A program made the translations under genes and the position numbers. The notes below the pieces were generated by a model, which did no database searches, was not told where the DNA came from, and saw only the letters and a list, made by a program, of their open reading frames with translations. From Tubulanus polymorphus (lineage: Eukaryota > Animalia > Nemertea): a DNA stretch of 64,000 nucleotides. Every line of letters begins with the position of its first letter. Position 1 is the first letter of the stretch. The stretch is taken from positions 12,680,485 to 12,744,484 of the forward strand of contig NC_134027.1 of the NCBI RefSeq assembly GCF_964204645.1, written 5' to 3'. Of this stretch, positions 50,368 through 63,922 are shown piece by piece.

Positions 50368-53300
50368 TATTTTGAATTCATTTGCAGTTCATATTTAGCG
50401 CCGTTCTCGCGAGATTATTGGCGAGATTATCAACAACCCGGAAATAAAATCCAAGCCCATCGCCAAACCCCTGTGTACAACACAAACAGTAAGTTGGTAA
50501 TAGTAACACAACACTCAAATACGATGAGGAGAATGATGATGATGATGAGTCTGAGTGAGGTAGGCCTACGTCAAAACGGATGCAATGATGACTCATTGCA
50601 TTCGTGCATCAAATTCGACCTATTTCCATTTAAAAATAATCCCTACCCATCGTAGATTGCGGCGGGTTGAGTTAATTAATCCAAATTCAGCAAACAGAGC
50701 CAAAAAAGATAGATTTTAGGCAACGATTACAACGAGTCCACCGACGATAGGATTTGATGCCGGAAGTTTAATAGTGGCAGCGCACGCCACCAGTCGTCGC
50801 TGCTGTGTATAACAAAATAAACCTAACTAATAACCAACATAAACATTTATTGGAAGCTTTCGGTCATCCGGACGCGGGAGAAAGCACATTATCCATGACA
50901 AACGAGGGCGGTTCTGGTGGTCCTTCCCGTAAAATTTTGAACATGTAAAATACTATATAGGGCCTCCGTAACAGCTTAACAGAATATGTTTTTGGAAAAT
51001 TCCATCTGGATATTCCTGTCCCTAAATTTAATAATAATTGTTAATGGTAACTGATGGAAACGTGTTCGGGTGCCGTTAAAACTACTGCACTCTTTTATCC
51101 CAGTAATGAAAGAAATCTTCACAAAATTGCTTTAACATTACAGTCCATAGGGTGTCCATGATGCTGCACTTAAATCATTATACTACAGTGCCTAGAATGA
51201 TCGCATTTCCTTGCATATCTTTTGTGAATAATGCAATTTGTAAGTACTTTCAGACATTCAAATCAAATTTCTATTATCACTTTTAGAAGTAAGATTTTAA
51301 GTGCATTTATTCGCGGATCTATAAGCGTGACGGGGATGATTGATGACGTCACAATTTCAGTGACGTCGTAGTGGTCATCTAGCACTGCTGATCATTGTAG
51401 ATAAAATAAGATGATCTAAACTTTCTTAAAATATATATATATAAATGATGAATTCATTAAAAGTATTTTCAGATATTCTGTTTCGAAGTTTTCACATTTA
51501 GCGGAGAATGATCCGCTTAGGAGATGAAAAATTATAAGAAGCCTGTTTACCAATGGGAAATATTAAATAACCTTGACATGTAGGCCTATCATCATTTACT
51601 GGTACAAAATACCGTATTTCAAGTTTTTCAATCCGATTGTTTAAAGTAAAATTTTGATGTTAATGGCGCCTTGGATTGAACATTTATTTCATTCCTTCTT
51701 TATGGTCTATAGTTATTTTTCGTTATGTCAATTAGTGTGAGTACCGGTAATTTTAAGTTGGTTTCGGTATTGATAAAAAGTCGTGGTAACGTCATGATAT
51801 TCTATGATGAATACTGTAGCCAATTTACGTGAAATAAAATTTCAATTAATACATGTAAATGGGTCGTTTCCATAGTCTCTGTGGCTCTAAAATACGTAAA
51901 TCATGTGAACCCAATACCACTTGCAACTTCAAGAGTCAATGTAGTTAACGCTTATTTTCGGTATTGACACATCGGGGGCGGATCCAAACGTGGGCACAAG
52001 GAGCACGTGCTCCTGTCGTCATTTTCCTGTGCCCTTTTGAAATGGCAACATATAGGATGATAATTTTTTTTTCAGGGGCATTATTTTTCACCCGCAACTA
52101 CAAAACAGTAGTCTACAGCACAACTTAAACGTCCCTAGTGCCTAGTGCCTAGAAATTGTATGAAAATGCATTGAAATTTTGAAATTTCACAGACCCTTGT
52201 TATAGCTGCGCAGATTCTTTTCTTAGCCTGCCCTTTTACATCAATGTCCTTTTCATTTAGTTAGTACGGTACTTCTGTCCAAGTCTGTTCCGGTATCCGC
52301 CGATGCATTCTTATTTCGCAAAGCATTTGGGTAAGTTCAACCACCCGCTGCAAAACTGATGTACCGATACTCGCCGCGAATTTTTTGTTTTCACTTTTTG
52401 CGCATAAAAGGTGACTTGAAATAGGGACCTCGAGGGACGGACCGCCACAAAATGGCGTCTAGAAACTGGAAACTTCTTTATTGCAAACTGGTAGACATAC
52501 CACAAAACGGCATATTTGGGACTAAAATTTACTTTTCAAATCATGAAGGGCACTGCTTTTAAAAAGGGGCCACGAGCCTGCTTGATGTGGACTCGTGTCG
52601 GGGGAAATCAAAGTTTGTTTCTCAAAATCAAAACTTAAAACATCAAAGTCAAAGCTTAAAACATAATTCTGAGGAATTTTTGAAATTTTCTACCTGTCCA
52701 CCATAACGATTTCCACATATTTCCACTCGCTCTCACTCAGTAACCAATTGTCACAGTTGTTATTGAACAGATGATCTGATACGTTTCGTAATTCTTGCAA
52801 CTTGAATTACTCAGATGCAATTCAATAAACGTTTTCCCGATAAAAGGATACCTAGGAAATGCACTGTTAATGATATCTTGGTAAATAGGATCAGAGAGAG
52901 TGACCAGTTAATTCTATGAAGCTAGAATGTTTTGAGTCCATGAGAATGAGGTCCTAATGCAAAATGTGTAATCAATCAATTAATGTATCCTGCTTATTCT
53001 GTTTTCAATCGCTTGTGGTCAGCTTTGCGCAAGTGGAAATTTGACCGAGTTTAGCCACGCCCTATTTCTCCCTATCTGTTCGTCACGCATCAACTTTTTT
53101 TTAGGTAGCTCTCCAAAATCCCCCTCTGCGATCTCAATAAGATATGGCTTTATATAAGGTGTCTCAGAAAGTGGGCCACCAAAGCCTTAAGGTTACTAAC
53201 TCATTAATTATAATTCCAATGACTGTTTCTGGTGTAAGCTTAGTAAACCTGGGTGTATACTTGAGAATGAAATGTTGAAATGCAAAATAAGTAATGCATG

Positions 53301-54213
53301 ACTGAGCACTAGTGTGTTTATGAATAGCAATGAAAATGGTGTCGAACTAAAATTAAAGATTGTTCCATCGGATTCACTTCTTGTGATAATGTCCTATTGG
53401 GAACTGTAAAAACCAAACTATTTAAAACACCACCAGTAGGAATTGAGGACGTGTGTTCGGAAAATAACAGATTTTGAAAAAATATTTGAATCGGATACAT
53501 CAGAATTCGACGTTGAGCTGAACTGGGCATTAGTAAAAGTGGTTATGATATTGACCACGTCCCAGAGAAGCTTAATCAGTTAGAATGGCCAACAATGTTA
53601 TCAAGTAGAAGTCTGTCTCAGTTGATTTAATTGTCATGTTCCAAATCATGTGAAGTGAAAGTGGATCATTTATCATTAAACGTACATAACGCAATAATCC
53701 TTATTTCTTGTATTGGTTCGACTCCATTTTAAGGACCATTCATAATCAACACGGTAGTACTCAGTCTTCAACTGAAGTTGATAAGCCAGTGTCTAAGGGT
53801 CTTGTTTCTTATGAAACGTTACTGCAGAGTCTATACATTGATCACATGCATTTTTCATGATAAAAAAATATGATGAACTCAAATTTCATCCGTCCAATCA
53901 AAATTTTAACCGCAAAACGACGCAGCCGCAAACCTGCGCACAAATTATACCCGTCCTGCTTATTTGAGTAGATCAATTTTACCATTGCATTTCCCTATTA
54001 ATTTTTTGAACGCCTTTTAAGTTCCATATCAATGCTCAATGGGACCATTTGATAGCAGCTAGAAGCTATACTTGAATTTTCAGAATGTATGCTTGAATAC
54101 CCGTAGTTTATACGTGTGTGTCTCAAAGCATACATCTAACAAAACGCAACGTACATGTGTGATATATATGCTCTATGAAACTTTTTGATATACATATAGT
54201 AGGGCCTACTTAC

Positions 54214-54496
54214 TAGCATCGGCCTGTTTATCAGAATAGTTCATTTGATTTGCTTCATAAGGACTAGCATCGTTACAGTAGACCATTCCTGCTCGACTGG
54301 CAACATCAGCCTTCTGTCGCAACACTGAAAATACCTGACTGATAGCCTCACTAGGATCTACTCCCGTAGGAGGCGGGCTCTCTTCTGAATACAAAGAATT
54401 ATCCTGTGAAGTGTACTGAGGTAAAGATGATCGCCTGATTGAACTATTAGATGGTTGAATCAGATTATCTAGTCCGTATTGATAGCCCCGATCCAT
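54214..54496 (-). CDS. SEPTIN7: Putative distal alternative first coding exon (MDRGYQYGLDNLIQP...KQADA)
   Basis: 94 codons plus A from ATG, then GTAAGT donor (phase 1); non-repetitive, coding-like composition; link to septin is inferred. Confidence 0.6.
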
Positions 54497-55787
54497 CAGG
54501 ACAACGTTAGGTGAAATATAATTCCATATCTCTTCATTGCATCTAGCTCTCCCGTGAAATCACAGATCCCTGTTTGAAAGGTTCACAAAAATAGGTCAGA
54601 TAATAATTTTTGATCCAATACTAGGCACTAAGATGGTCCATCCAGCGAGTTATGCACACTAGGGGTAAGTAGGCGACTACAAGTAATTTCCTGGCATTTA
54701 ACAGTTATATTCAGGGTGTTATTACAGTCATCATCGTACGTACATATAATTTCAGTGCCAGGATTTTTATATCTATTTATTGAGGGCCGAGGTTAAAACT
54801 AACTACACAACCAATGAATGGCCCATCTAGGTCGATTGATATCAGAAACAATGCAAGTCCAATTATCTGCAAGAATATCTAAAAAATTGCGAATCATCTA
54901 ACGTAGGCCTAAATGTAACGCAGTCATCTAATCCAAATCAAACCGTTTTTGCGAACAACCACTAAATCAATGCAAAATTCTAATCTTCAGAAGGCCATCT
55001 ACCTAGCACAGAACACTATTATCGGAAATTACTACTTAATAACATGAAAAAGTAACAGTCAATGACACAAAATTACCAATTTTTTTGAGGCACCTTCCTA
55101 AATGTCACGTATCTTTTTTAAACTGTAGGGCCTAACTGTATCCGATTGTTGCAGCCGAGAAAAATGAATTTAAAACCAGTCACCTTTCTAACAATTCATA
55201 AGTGTTAATATTGTGCCAAAAGAGGGATGGACGACAATTAATCGCGCTAGAGGTTTTTGTTTAATAAGTTTTAGAATCTGATCAACAATGCGGGACTTTT
55301 GGGACCGCCTCAAAATGGGGTCTGGTAACTGGAAACTTCCCTATTAAATATGTAAGATGTATACAACCAAAAAATCTGTTAACCTATTATATAGGTATTC
55401 CATTGATGGAGGGAAACAAACATTCGTCGCACGCCATATCGGAGTAAGAAATAATTACCTTTATGTGATACTGTTTATTCAATCTTAGAAGTACATGTAG
55501 ATAAACTGATAATAAAAGCTTTTTACAGTCAAAGCCTGTTATACCGCCATCCGCAATACCACCAAAATTCACCTACCGCCAACAATTTCCTTGTACACAA
55601 TTCATTTGTTATCTATATGTTTGTAAATAGCCCTCGTTATACCACCCCTCACCCCCGCCATAACGCAAGCCTAAATCTTAGAACAGTCCTATTCAAACAA
55701 AAAACATTCGTTATTCGTCAACGTTATGGACATACCCGTAACCCGGACACACTGGGCGATTCTGTCACCGGCGACAGAATCCAACAT

Positions 55788-56550
55788 GTTCAAGTTCAAG
55801 TTTGTTTATTCATCATAATCAAATGACATGATCGTCAATGAACAGCAAAGAGTGCATAGGACATAGCGTACTGTACAATATAAGTCAAGCAAAAAATTAA
55901 ATATAATATTCAAACCCCGATTGGATATACTTCCCCAAATTTACCAATTCCGATTGACTACCTATATCATTAAAGATTCTATTTATATCATTTGCATCAC
56001 CAATTACCAAATCAAATGTCGTCCTGAGACTGTCGAATTTGCTACACGATAGGATGAAGTGCTGCTCGTCTTCCACACAGTTACATATATCACAGAGCCT
56101 GTTTTCTCTACTCAATCCCAGGTGTCTGCCTTTTTCTATCATCAGTCGATGGGATGAGGTACGTAGTTTGGCAATTGCACTTCTAATGTTAAAATTCTTT
56201 ACAACCAATAAATAGTTTTCTAGTTGGTATGACTGTTTAATCGTATTATAAAAAGATAATTTGCTATGACTTGCAGCTTGTTCCCTCCAAAAATAAATGA
56301 AATTTTCTTGTAATTTGGATTTGATGCTATTAAAAATAAAGTCAGGATTGCTACAGGTACCTAGATTTTCCAGCAGGTTATTAAAATTCAAATGAGTGAG
56401 TAGAGTCTTAATGCCCGTTATAAAATTACAGTTATTATTGCTAACGTCCCTATACATATCAAGGAGACTCTGATAGACTAAACTATTAGGATTACTCGTC
56501 ATGATAGACATCCAGAATTTAATTGCTGACAGAAGTACATCATTGAGGAC
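55788..56550 (-). mobile_element. 5'-truncated LINE ORF2 C-terminus inserted into a MITE (about 55740-56770)
   Basis: AKLRTSSHRLMIEKGRH...RLCDICNCVEDEQHFILSC; AATAAA plus (CTTGAA)n tail; flanks cggacacactgggcgatt / aatcgcccagtgtgtctg. Confidence 0.85.
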
Positions 56551-58435
56551 TGGGATTCGGGCGATCTGATCGGCCGACTAAATCACCGAAGGTGATCGCC
56601 CGGACACACAAGGCGAATTCGTCTTGTGTGTCCGCGTACGGCGATCGGTCGCCTTGAGCGCCGTATTAACCAGCCAATCACGGCTCTTCGACGGTTGACG
56701 TGATAGCAAAATGCCAACCTCCATCGAGTTCGTCGGCCAACGAAATCGCCCAGTGTGTCTGAGGCTTTATAGCGACAGTAGCGCTAGTGAAGGTTCAAGG
56801 CCGTTGATGTTCACGGTGATAGAACTGAACATGCTGTTGAGTCTATACAAAATCCATAGGTTTCTCGTAACGTATTTCATTTTAGAAAAATAACCTTGGT
56901 TTACCATGTATGAAGGAACTTCGTTCTTACGCTTGGGGCCACGGAAGGAGTCGAGTGTTTTTTACTAAAGACTGAGCAAGTCGAACCATTTTACCTCGTA
57001 CATGTATATGTATTTGCATAAAATAGAAATACAGTTAAACGAGGGGACCCCACTTCGTCTCTGTGACTGAATTCACTTTACAATTCCTTCAGTTATTTGG
57101 TACCGGTGACATTATGTCATTTAAAAACATCAATATGCAGTCATTAAGTCATAACTAAGGTCTTTTCCTATCATTTTATATCCATATTTGGAAATTTCAA
57201 TCTTTTTTTATAAAAAAGTTACATACATTTGTTTTCAATAAAAATAAAATCCTGCCTGGCGGGCGCAGAGTTTCCTGCCTGGTCACTTTGGAGGGTAGTG
57301 GTGGAAAAACAAGGTATCATTTTTAGCCTAAGTACCTGTTACAGCTATCTTTCCCATTTTTCAGAGGTTTAAGTCCGTTATCTTGGTCTGCGTTCAATCT
57401 TTGGAGTCATTGACGACTGATCCCACCGCTTGAGTTTGAGATTACGCGCCCGAGGGATTTCCTACTGCGCATCACTATTTCACTGAACATCGATATTTGC
57501 GAAAACATTGTAGGACCATGGGTCCAGTAAGATCAAATGAGTCCATTCAAATTCTAGGACAAAAATCGATTTGTTCTCGGATTTGCAATGTCTAAAAATC
57601 TTGGTGCACCGTGTAGTATCTAAGCATGTTCTACTTAGATAATCATAGTACATGTAATTGGTTTGTCACTGGTACGTGGGAAACAATCAATACTGAGGGG
57701 CGAATATAGCTTTTCGGAAAAGGGGGTGAGCGCTACTTACATATGGGGCGGGGTCTGGGTATGCTCATCCAGAAAATTTTGAAAATTAGATGCACTCTGC
57801 GCGCTTTCCTGGTTGAAATTAGTAATGCAATATGTTCACAATTTCACCATTTTCTTAACAAATTCTCGGGTAGAAAATTCCAAGGTCACTCTGCCGAAAA
57901 AAGGTGCGAACGCGCACGCGCACCCCCCTGGATCCGCCACTGGGTAATTACGTGGCTGGGAGAGCCCTTCAGCATCCAACATCGAACTTGGATGGTGAAG
58001 GGCTTTCCCAGCGGTATCATTATCAAGAAACAAGGTCAAAGATTGATTAGTAGAATGGGGAAAGACTTAGTGAAATTTTGCAAATTTTCTCCCTGTGCTT
58101 CCAAACGAATTGATTGGGGCGAAACTTTCCATATTATCTCAGAACCATTCTATTAAAATGCGATTAAATCTCTTCTCATTTTCCATGGAGAGATTCTTAT
58201 GTTTAAAATCCCTATCTTGCTGCTTGAACTGTATATTTGGCGGGAGCATTTACTTAGCTTGGTTTCGGCATCCAGTTAGGCCCGCTATTAAAGTTTGAAC
58301 GGCGCAGTTTGGAATGGTCAATGGTGACCTCAGGGACCGCCTAGAAACTGGAAACTTCTTTATTGCTGTTTGGGGTGTTTGGAGGGTCCAAACGTACCTC
58401 CTCTTTCAAAACTTAATTCCCACTCATTCGTCATT

Positions 58436-58723
58436 AATTAGGGTTTCTGCTGCTTTAGCAGAAACCCTCTTGTATTTCTGTTGATTATTATTATTATTAT
58501 AAATGGTCCACTTTCCAGCCAAAAATACATAAAATGTAACTCCTCTCAGATTCGACTACCAACAGCTTATAAACGTAACTTAAAATTCTGTCAGAAATAT
58601 AACTCAGCGCCTGACCATTTCGAATTTGCGTATAGTAATCTATTATGAATCAATCCCGCATAATTACCGGGTCTAAACAGCGACAAGCATAACGCAAAGC
58701 ATTGTCATCCATTGATAAAAGTA
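58436..58723 (+). mobile_element. 5' end of a second copy of the 9805 Helentron family, truncated by the Maverick insertion
   Basis: Colinear with 9805-10110, including the terminal hairpin and (TTA)n; similarity stops at gataaaagta. Confidence 0.85.
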
Positions 58724-60308
58724 AGTAATAGGAAAATGGCGCTTTCGGATCAGGAGGTCGGAGGTCGAGCTCATTAAACCTCCCTCCCTCTATAATGAAG
58801 CCTAAATTCCCTATTACTCTTAATAATTTCATATAAATGAACATTATTTACATGAATTTCATTTATTTTAAAATCATTTATATGTTAAATACAAAAGTGT
58901 GAGTAAAGTGTGAGAAATAATTCATATTTTAACAGATTTCGAATAAAAATATAAGTAAAATAAATGGATAATTAAAAGAATATAAAAGTGTGAATGAAAT
59001 AACTCATTTCATACCAGAGGACGAGAGTACGAGACACCCCTTATCACTTTCATTTTCCACATGGTGATATTCAATTAATTAAAATAAAATTATTTTTTTG
59101 CTTTTTTTCTAAAATATTAATCCATTTTTTTTATTGTCAATTTTGGAATTTCAGAAGTATTTTCATTTTTTGACGCCTTATAAAACGTTACCATTATGAA
59201 ACCTAAACAATGTTAACCATTCAGCGTCATTTTACAAACGACAGCCGTAAATCGATGTGCAAAACGTCACAGGTTTATGTGTACACAAACAAGCTATCTG
59301 GCAAAATATTATTGACGTAGATGTAGAATGGCTTCCTGTGATTATATAATGACCTATATTTGAACGTCGAAATGTTATATTGCATTAAATATCATTAGAA
59401 GACGTATTGTAATAGTAAAGGATGTATGATTATATCAGAAGCGGCAGGCATAAATAGAAATGATAAGTAAATCGGATTATTCGGTTAAATGGCGGATGTA
59501 TACACGATGCGGAAGTCTGATATAAAAGTCAGACCCTGACGTGGGCATGCCGGTGGAATGACGAAGCTATCTACGATGTGTGTAGGGCCGGCGTGAATTT
59601 CATCAGCGGCTACAAGCGGTCAATATGAAAATGTGTAAACATATAATTTCAATATTCAAACGTTTTAGAAAATATGTTTGATATTAGGAGTATGCAAGTT
59701 TCGTGAGATTAGCAATTTATAATAGCATAGCTGTCATATACGGCTCCATGTCCTCTGATGGCATGTGTATAAGGTGACAATTCAATTCAATTCTTTATTG
59801 ATCCTTATTACATTGATATTCCGGGATAAAATTCCCAAATTCAATAAATAGAAATTTTAAAATAAATTAATACAACATACATGACACACGGGTAATTCAT
59901 ACAGAACAACATAAGCATGTTATTTTAAATGACAATGTCTACTTCAACCCACCCAGACTCAAGACTCTAGGATAACGAGTGACAGCCAAACCCGTGGCCC
60001 GGGCCCGGGGACCGGGCCGGCTGGCTAGGCCACACGATATGCTCGAAGTCATGATGAAGCAGACATCAGAAGAGCTCTTTCTTCATCCATGGAGGCAATG
60101 AAGTTGCAGACCAGCTTAGAGGCATAAGTAAATGAAGTCGGTCGCAAGTTCGCGATCAATTATTGAGAATTTTCAATAAAAAAATTTAAACCACTACTAG
60201 AGTCGAAGACCTGTATCATCTACCCAATCGCCAAATCTCATCATTCCCCAAATTTCTTAAAACTTCGATTTCAAATTTGCAATTCAACATTAGCTTAGCT
60301 CAGAAATT

Positions 60309-60647
60309 CTACATTTTTTCCCAGGCGTCAAATAATTTTCTAAAATTAATTTTCTTGTTGATAGCAGTTGTTTCAGAATTATTAATATCATGAATTTTAT
60401 TTGATTTCTTATACCAACTACACCCAATCAAAATGAATACAATTACAAATCCAGCTGTAAAATATAGATATTTATCAAATATTCTATTATTAGAAGGAGT
60501 AGAAATAACAATATTTTCACCATTTTTATTACTTATTTTTTCTTTTATAGCTTTTTTATATTCTTGTGATTTAATTCCTAATTGCCGAGACCATTCAATT
60601 TGTTTCGGAGTTCTCGGTTTTTTCTTCACTTCTTCCACCTTGTTCAT
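60309..60647 (-). CDS. Maverick small basic protein with one predicted transmembrane helix
   Basis: 112-aa ORF, TAAATG start; K-rich N-terminus; YLYFTAGFVIVFILIGCSW hydrophobic segment. Confidence 0.6.
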   Translation of the reverse strand: MNKVEEVKKKPRTPKQIEWSRQLGIKSQEYKKAIKEKISNKNGENIVISTPSNNRIFDKYLYFTAGFVIVFILIGCSWYKKSNKIHDINNSETTAINKKINFRKLFDAWEKM

Positions 60648-60785
60648 TTATTATAGAAATATTTTTACTTTCAATATTTGAAAATGTTATAACTCCAGTT
60701 GATAATAATGTCATAAATCCACCTAATTGAAATGATAAATATCCAATCCATTTATTTGATTCAGTCATAACTAAATAATCATTTT

Positions 60786-61181
60786 TTAAGTCAGCATATA
60801 ATCTATTTTTATCTTGAATTGCATATAATTACATAATTTACTATAACCTTTAAATACATTTTCTGATATCGCATCATTCATTCTAGCTGTTCTCGCGGTT
60901 TCATAAATCTTAAATAATCTAATAATTTTATTTGATTTCATTCTATCTAATTCATTATAAGTTAAATTTTTACCGATAAAATTTTTACATTTTCCAGACG
61001 CTATTAATATTTCTAATTGATGTTTGCAATAAAGATAATATTCATAATTATTATTTGTTGTAACATTATTTAAAGCACCATCATCTGGAGTTAATTTTGT
61101 TTCTGTTATTCCTAAATCATCTAAAGTTTTTTCAATTGGAACATCACCATTTTTAGATTTTATTTTCTTTTCACCTCCCAT
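60786..61181 (-). pseudogene. Maverick ORF of unknown function, probably frameshifted near its 3' end (continuing to about 60650)
   Basis: 131-aa ORF with TATATAAATG start; an adjacent frame continues LKNDYLVMTESNKWIGYLSFQLGGFMTLLSTGVITF. Confidence 0.55.
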
Positions 61182-61212
61182 TTATATAACAAACAAATTA
61201 GTTGTGTTGTTG

Positions 61213-61617
61213 CAACTAGAATTCAACTAGAATGTAACTAGAATTCAACTAGATTAACAAGCTAGTTGAAATATTGTTGTTTTTATTTATTTCTTGTTAA
61301 ATCTAGTTGATTTTTGTTTCAACTACTAACAACTAGAATTTAACTAGAATGTAACTAGAATTCAACTAGATTAACAAGCTAGTTGAAATATTGTTGTTTT
61401 TATTTATTTCTTGTTAAATCTATTTGATTTTTGTTTCAACTACTAACAACTAGAATTCAACTAGAATGTAACTAGAATTCAACTAGATTAACAAGCTAGT
61501 TGAAATATTGTTTTTATTTATTTCTTGTTAAATCTAGTTGATTTTTGTTTCAACTACCAATAACTAGATTTCAACTAGAATGTAACTAGAATTCAACTAG
61601 ATTAACAAGCTAGTTGA
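61213..61617. repeat. Tandem array, about 117-bp unit x3.5, rich in AACTAG/CTAGTT
   Basis: Units begin near 61213, 61330, 61447 and 61561. Confidence 0.9.
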
Positions 61618-61619
61618 GT

Positions 61620-62229
61620 TTAAATAAATTCATATTTAAATGGGTGTTGTAATCTAAATAGTAATTTTGATCTTTTATTATTTTTCAATTTATCCATATA
61701 TTCATTATGTAAATCATGTGGAATAATATCATTTTCCTCAAGCGCATTTTTCTATCGATTTTCTATCTGTGTTATAAAATAAAACTAGAAGTCTTATATT
61801 CTCCCTAAAATCTTTAACGATTTAATCATATTTTTGATTTAAAACCTATGTTGTTATCCCAAAATATCTCCCCGAGAAAGCTAAATAACATAACTCACTC
61901 TCTCTAATTTTTGAATCATGTAGATTAGCACAATCATCTATAATGAATAATGTATTTGATCCTTTATAAATATCAATTGCTATTTTAATAAAATTATCTA
62001 AATTTTCTTTAACTGTTTTAGGATCTAATATAATAAATTTATTATTTCTAGTAATATTTCTATCATAAGTTTGATTAAATTCATATGTTGGACAAAATAA
62101 TACTATATTATCAAAATAGTTTTTATAAATAGTTTCTAATAAATTTAATATAAAATAAGTTTTTCCACAATTTGTTACGCCAGAAATTAACATATTATGA
62201 GGTTCAAATATAATTAATTCCTTATTCAT
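61620..62229 (-). pseudogene. Maverick DNA-packaging ATPase (A32/FtsK-HerA-like), premature stop at 61846
   Basis: Walker A ISGVTNCGKT, Walker B LFIIDD, SGRYFGI motif; 3' boundary approximate. Confidence 0.85.
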
Positions 62230-63353
62230 TTATATATTTTTAATTTTACTTGATAATATCCATTCATTAAATTTATCTGGCCATCCAACCCATTTTACTA
62301 AAGAATATTTTTTTCTTTTAACAGTTTTTGTTTTTAATACTTTTTCAATTTTATATTCTTGTTCTAGATTTTCAGTAGTTAAACTCAATTCTTCTTCATA
62401 AAAATACCCATCAACTTCTTCACCATCTAAATCTTCTAATTTATAGACATATGGTTTTGTTGTTATTACCTTTTTTATTTTATATATTTTCCTAGTAAAA
62501 TTTCGATCGTATCCTTTATCAAATATCTTTTTATATTTAGAAATTCTAACATTTTGACCAACTTTAAATTTAGGTTCACCAAAATCATCTACAAGAAATG
62601 CCCCATATTAATTATTCCAAACAATTGCAGCATTTTCAGGTTTTCTAGCATCAATAGGTTTCATTCCAATAGAAGAATGATAAGAATTACTATATCCTTC
62701 TATCAATTTTGGTAAAACGTCAATCCATTTAAAAGTATTATTTGCTGTAAAATATTTCCACATTCTTGTTCTTAATGTTCTATCAAATCGTTCAACAACT
62801 GCAGCTTTTTTATCCGATTTTGTTGAAAAATATTTACTATTATGATTATCTAAGAGTTCATGAACAAGTGAATTATCAAATTCTTTTCCATCATCAAATT
62901 GTATTTTTCCTGGCTTTAGTTTATCATCCGAAAGAAATTTTCTTAAAACATGTAATGTTTGTGCAGCATCTTTTCTATAAAGTGGTAAGCTCCATACAAA
63001 ACGATTAAAAATATCAATTATATTCAATATCCACCAAAAATCATCATTATCTTTCTTAACATTTTTCATATCAATTAAATCTCTTTACCACTGTTGATCT
63101 ACATAACTTACGATAGTTTTACGAGTTTTATATTTTCTAACAATTTTTTATGTGTTGTATATGTTGGTTGTTCTAACATAAATTGATTTATATCTTTATA
63201 TTTAACTAAATTTTGTGGGATTATCTTATCTAATTTATCTTGTTTTACTTGGCGCCATATATTTTTTACAGAAGAATAAGCAACCGAACTCTCAGGGTTG
63301 TAATATAGATTTCTTAAATATTGTTCTTTAGAATTAGTTTTTTTATCCCCCAT
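62230..63353 (-). pseudogene. Maverick retroviral-like (rve) integrase with C-terminal chromodomain; frameshift and stops
   Basis: LYYNP; IIDIFNRFVW; IQFDDGKEF; KAAVVERFDRTL; FKVGQNVRISKYKKIFDKGY; YKIEKVLK...LVKWVGWPDKFNEWI. Confidence 0.92.
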
Positions 63354-63383
63354 TTATATATCGTTAATTTTAACTTTATATTT

Positions 63384-63922
63384 CTAATATTGAATACTAT
63401 CTAATTGAGAATTTACAATATTTAATTGCGCGTCAGATATAATATAAATGTGCATTTTGAAATTTAAACTTCCTTTTTTCTTTTTCATGAATAATTGTAT
63501 TCCATCTTTAGTGTTCTGTAGTTTTTTCCCAGAACCATGTAATAAATTATCTTCAGTTGTTCTGAAATCTAACCATAATGCATATTATTGCCGGTATAAT
63601 AATCAATTTGATTAATATTACAATTTTCAGATGATTTTACTTTTTCATTCATAAAATGTTTTCTAATTTCTGGCCATTGATCTATCATTCTCATTCCTTG
63701 ACAAAATATTTTACTTGCTATTCCTTCGATAGTTATTTCTACTTTTGTTATTTCAGGATTATAATAATTATCAACATTTATTGCGCCATTAGAATATGTT
63801 GCAATTGTAAAAAATATTAATACGCCTTAAATAGATCTTCTTGGGAAGTTAATATTCTCATTAATTATTTCATCATTTGCATTAATAGTTACAGTTTTAA
63901 ATTTAAACTCAATATAATCATA
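63384..63922 (-). pseudogene. C-terminal part of a putative Maverick major capsid protein, disrupted
   Basis: Manual translation NPEITKVEITIEG...QWPEIRKHF...LWLDFRTTEDNLLHGSGKKLQN...IYIISDAQLNI; position next to integrase; capsid identity is inferred. Confidence 0.55.

Larger units (their letters stand above)
49233..50475. mobile_element. Foldback MITE with long (about 280-bp) inverted arms, CACAG termini
   Basis: cacagggg..ggcgatgggcttggattttatttccgggttg / caacccggaaataaaatccaagcccatcgcc..acccctgtg; inner arms 49338-49510 versus 49752-49950. Confidence 0.8.
58724..63922 (-). mobile_element. Maverick/Polinton (adintovirus-like) element, decayed, partial
   Basis: AGTAATAG terminus; very AT-rich intronless co-oriented genes: capsid-like, integrase-chromodomain, packaging ATPase. 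Confidence 0.85.

Noticed and set aside
57743-58156. 137-aa ORF
   Set aside because: Spans a patchwork of short repeats; no domain signal
61213-61617. Possible CRISPR-like array
   Set aside because: Units are near identical with no unique spacers; eukaryotic context
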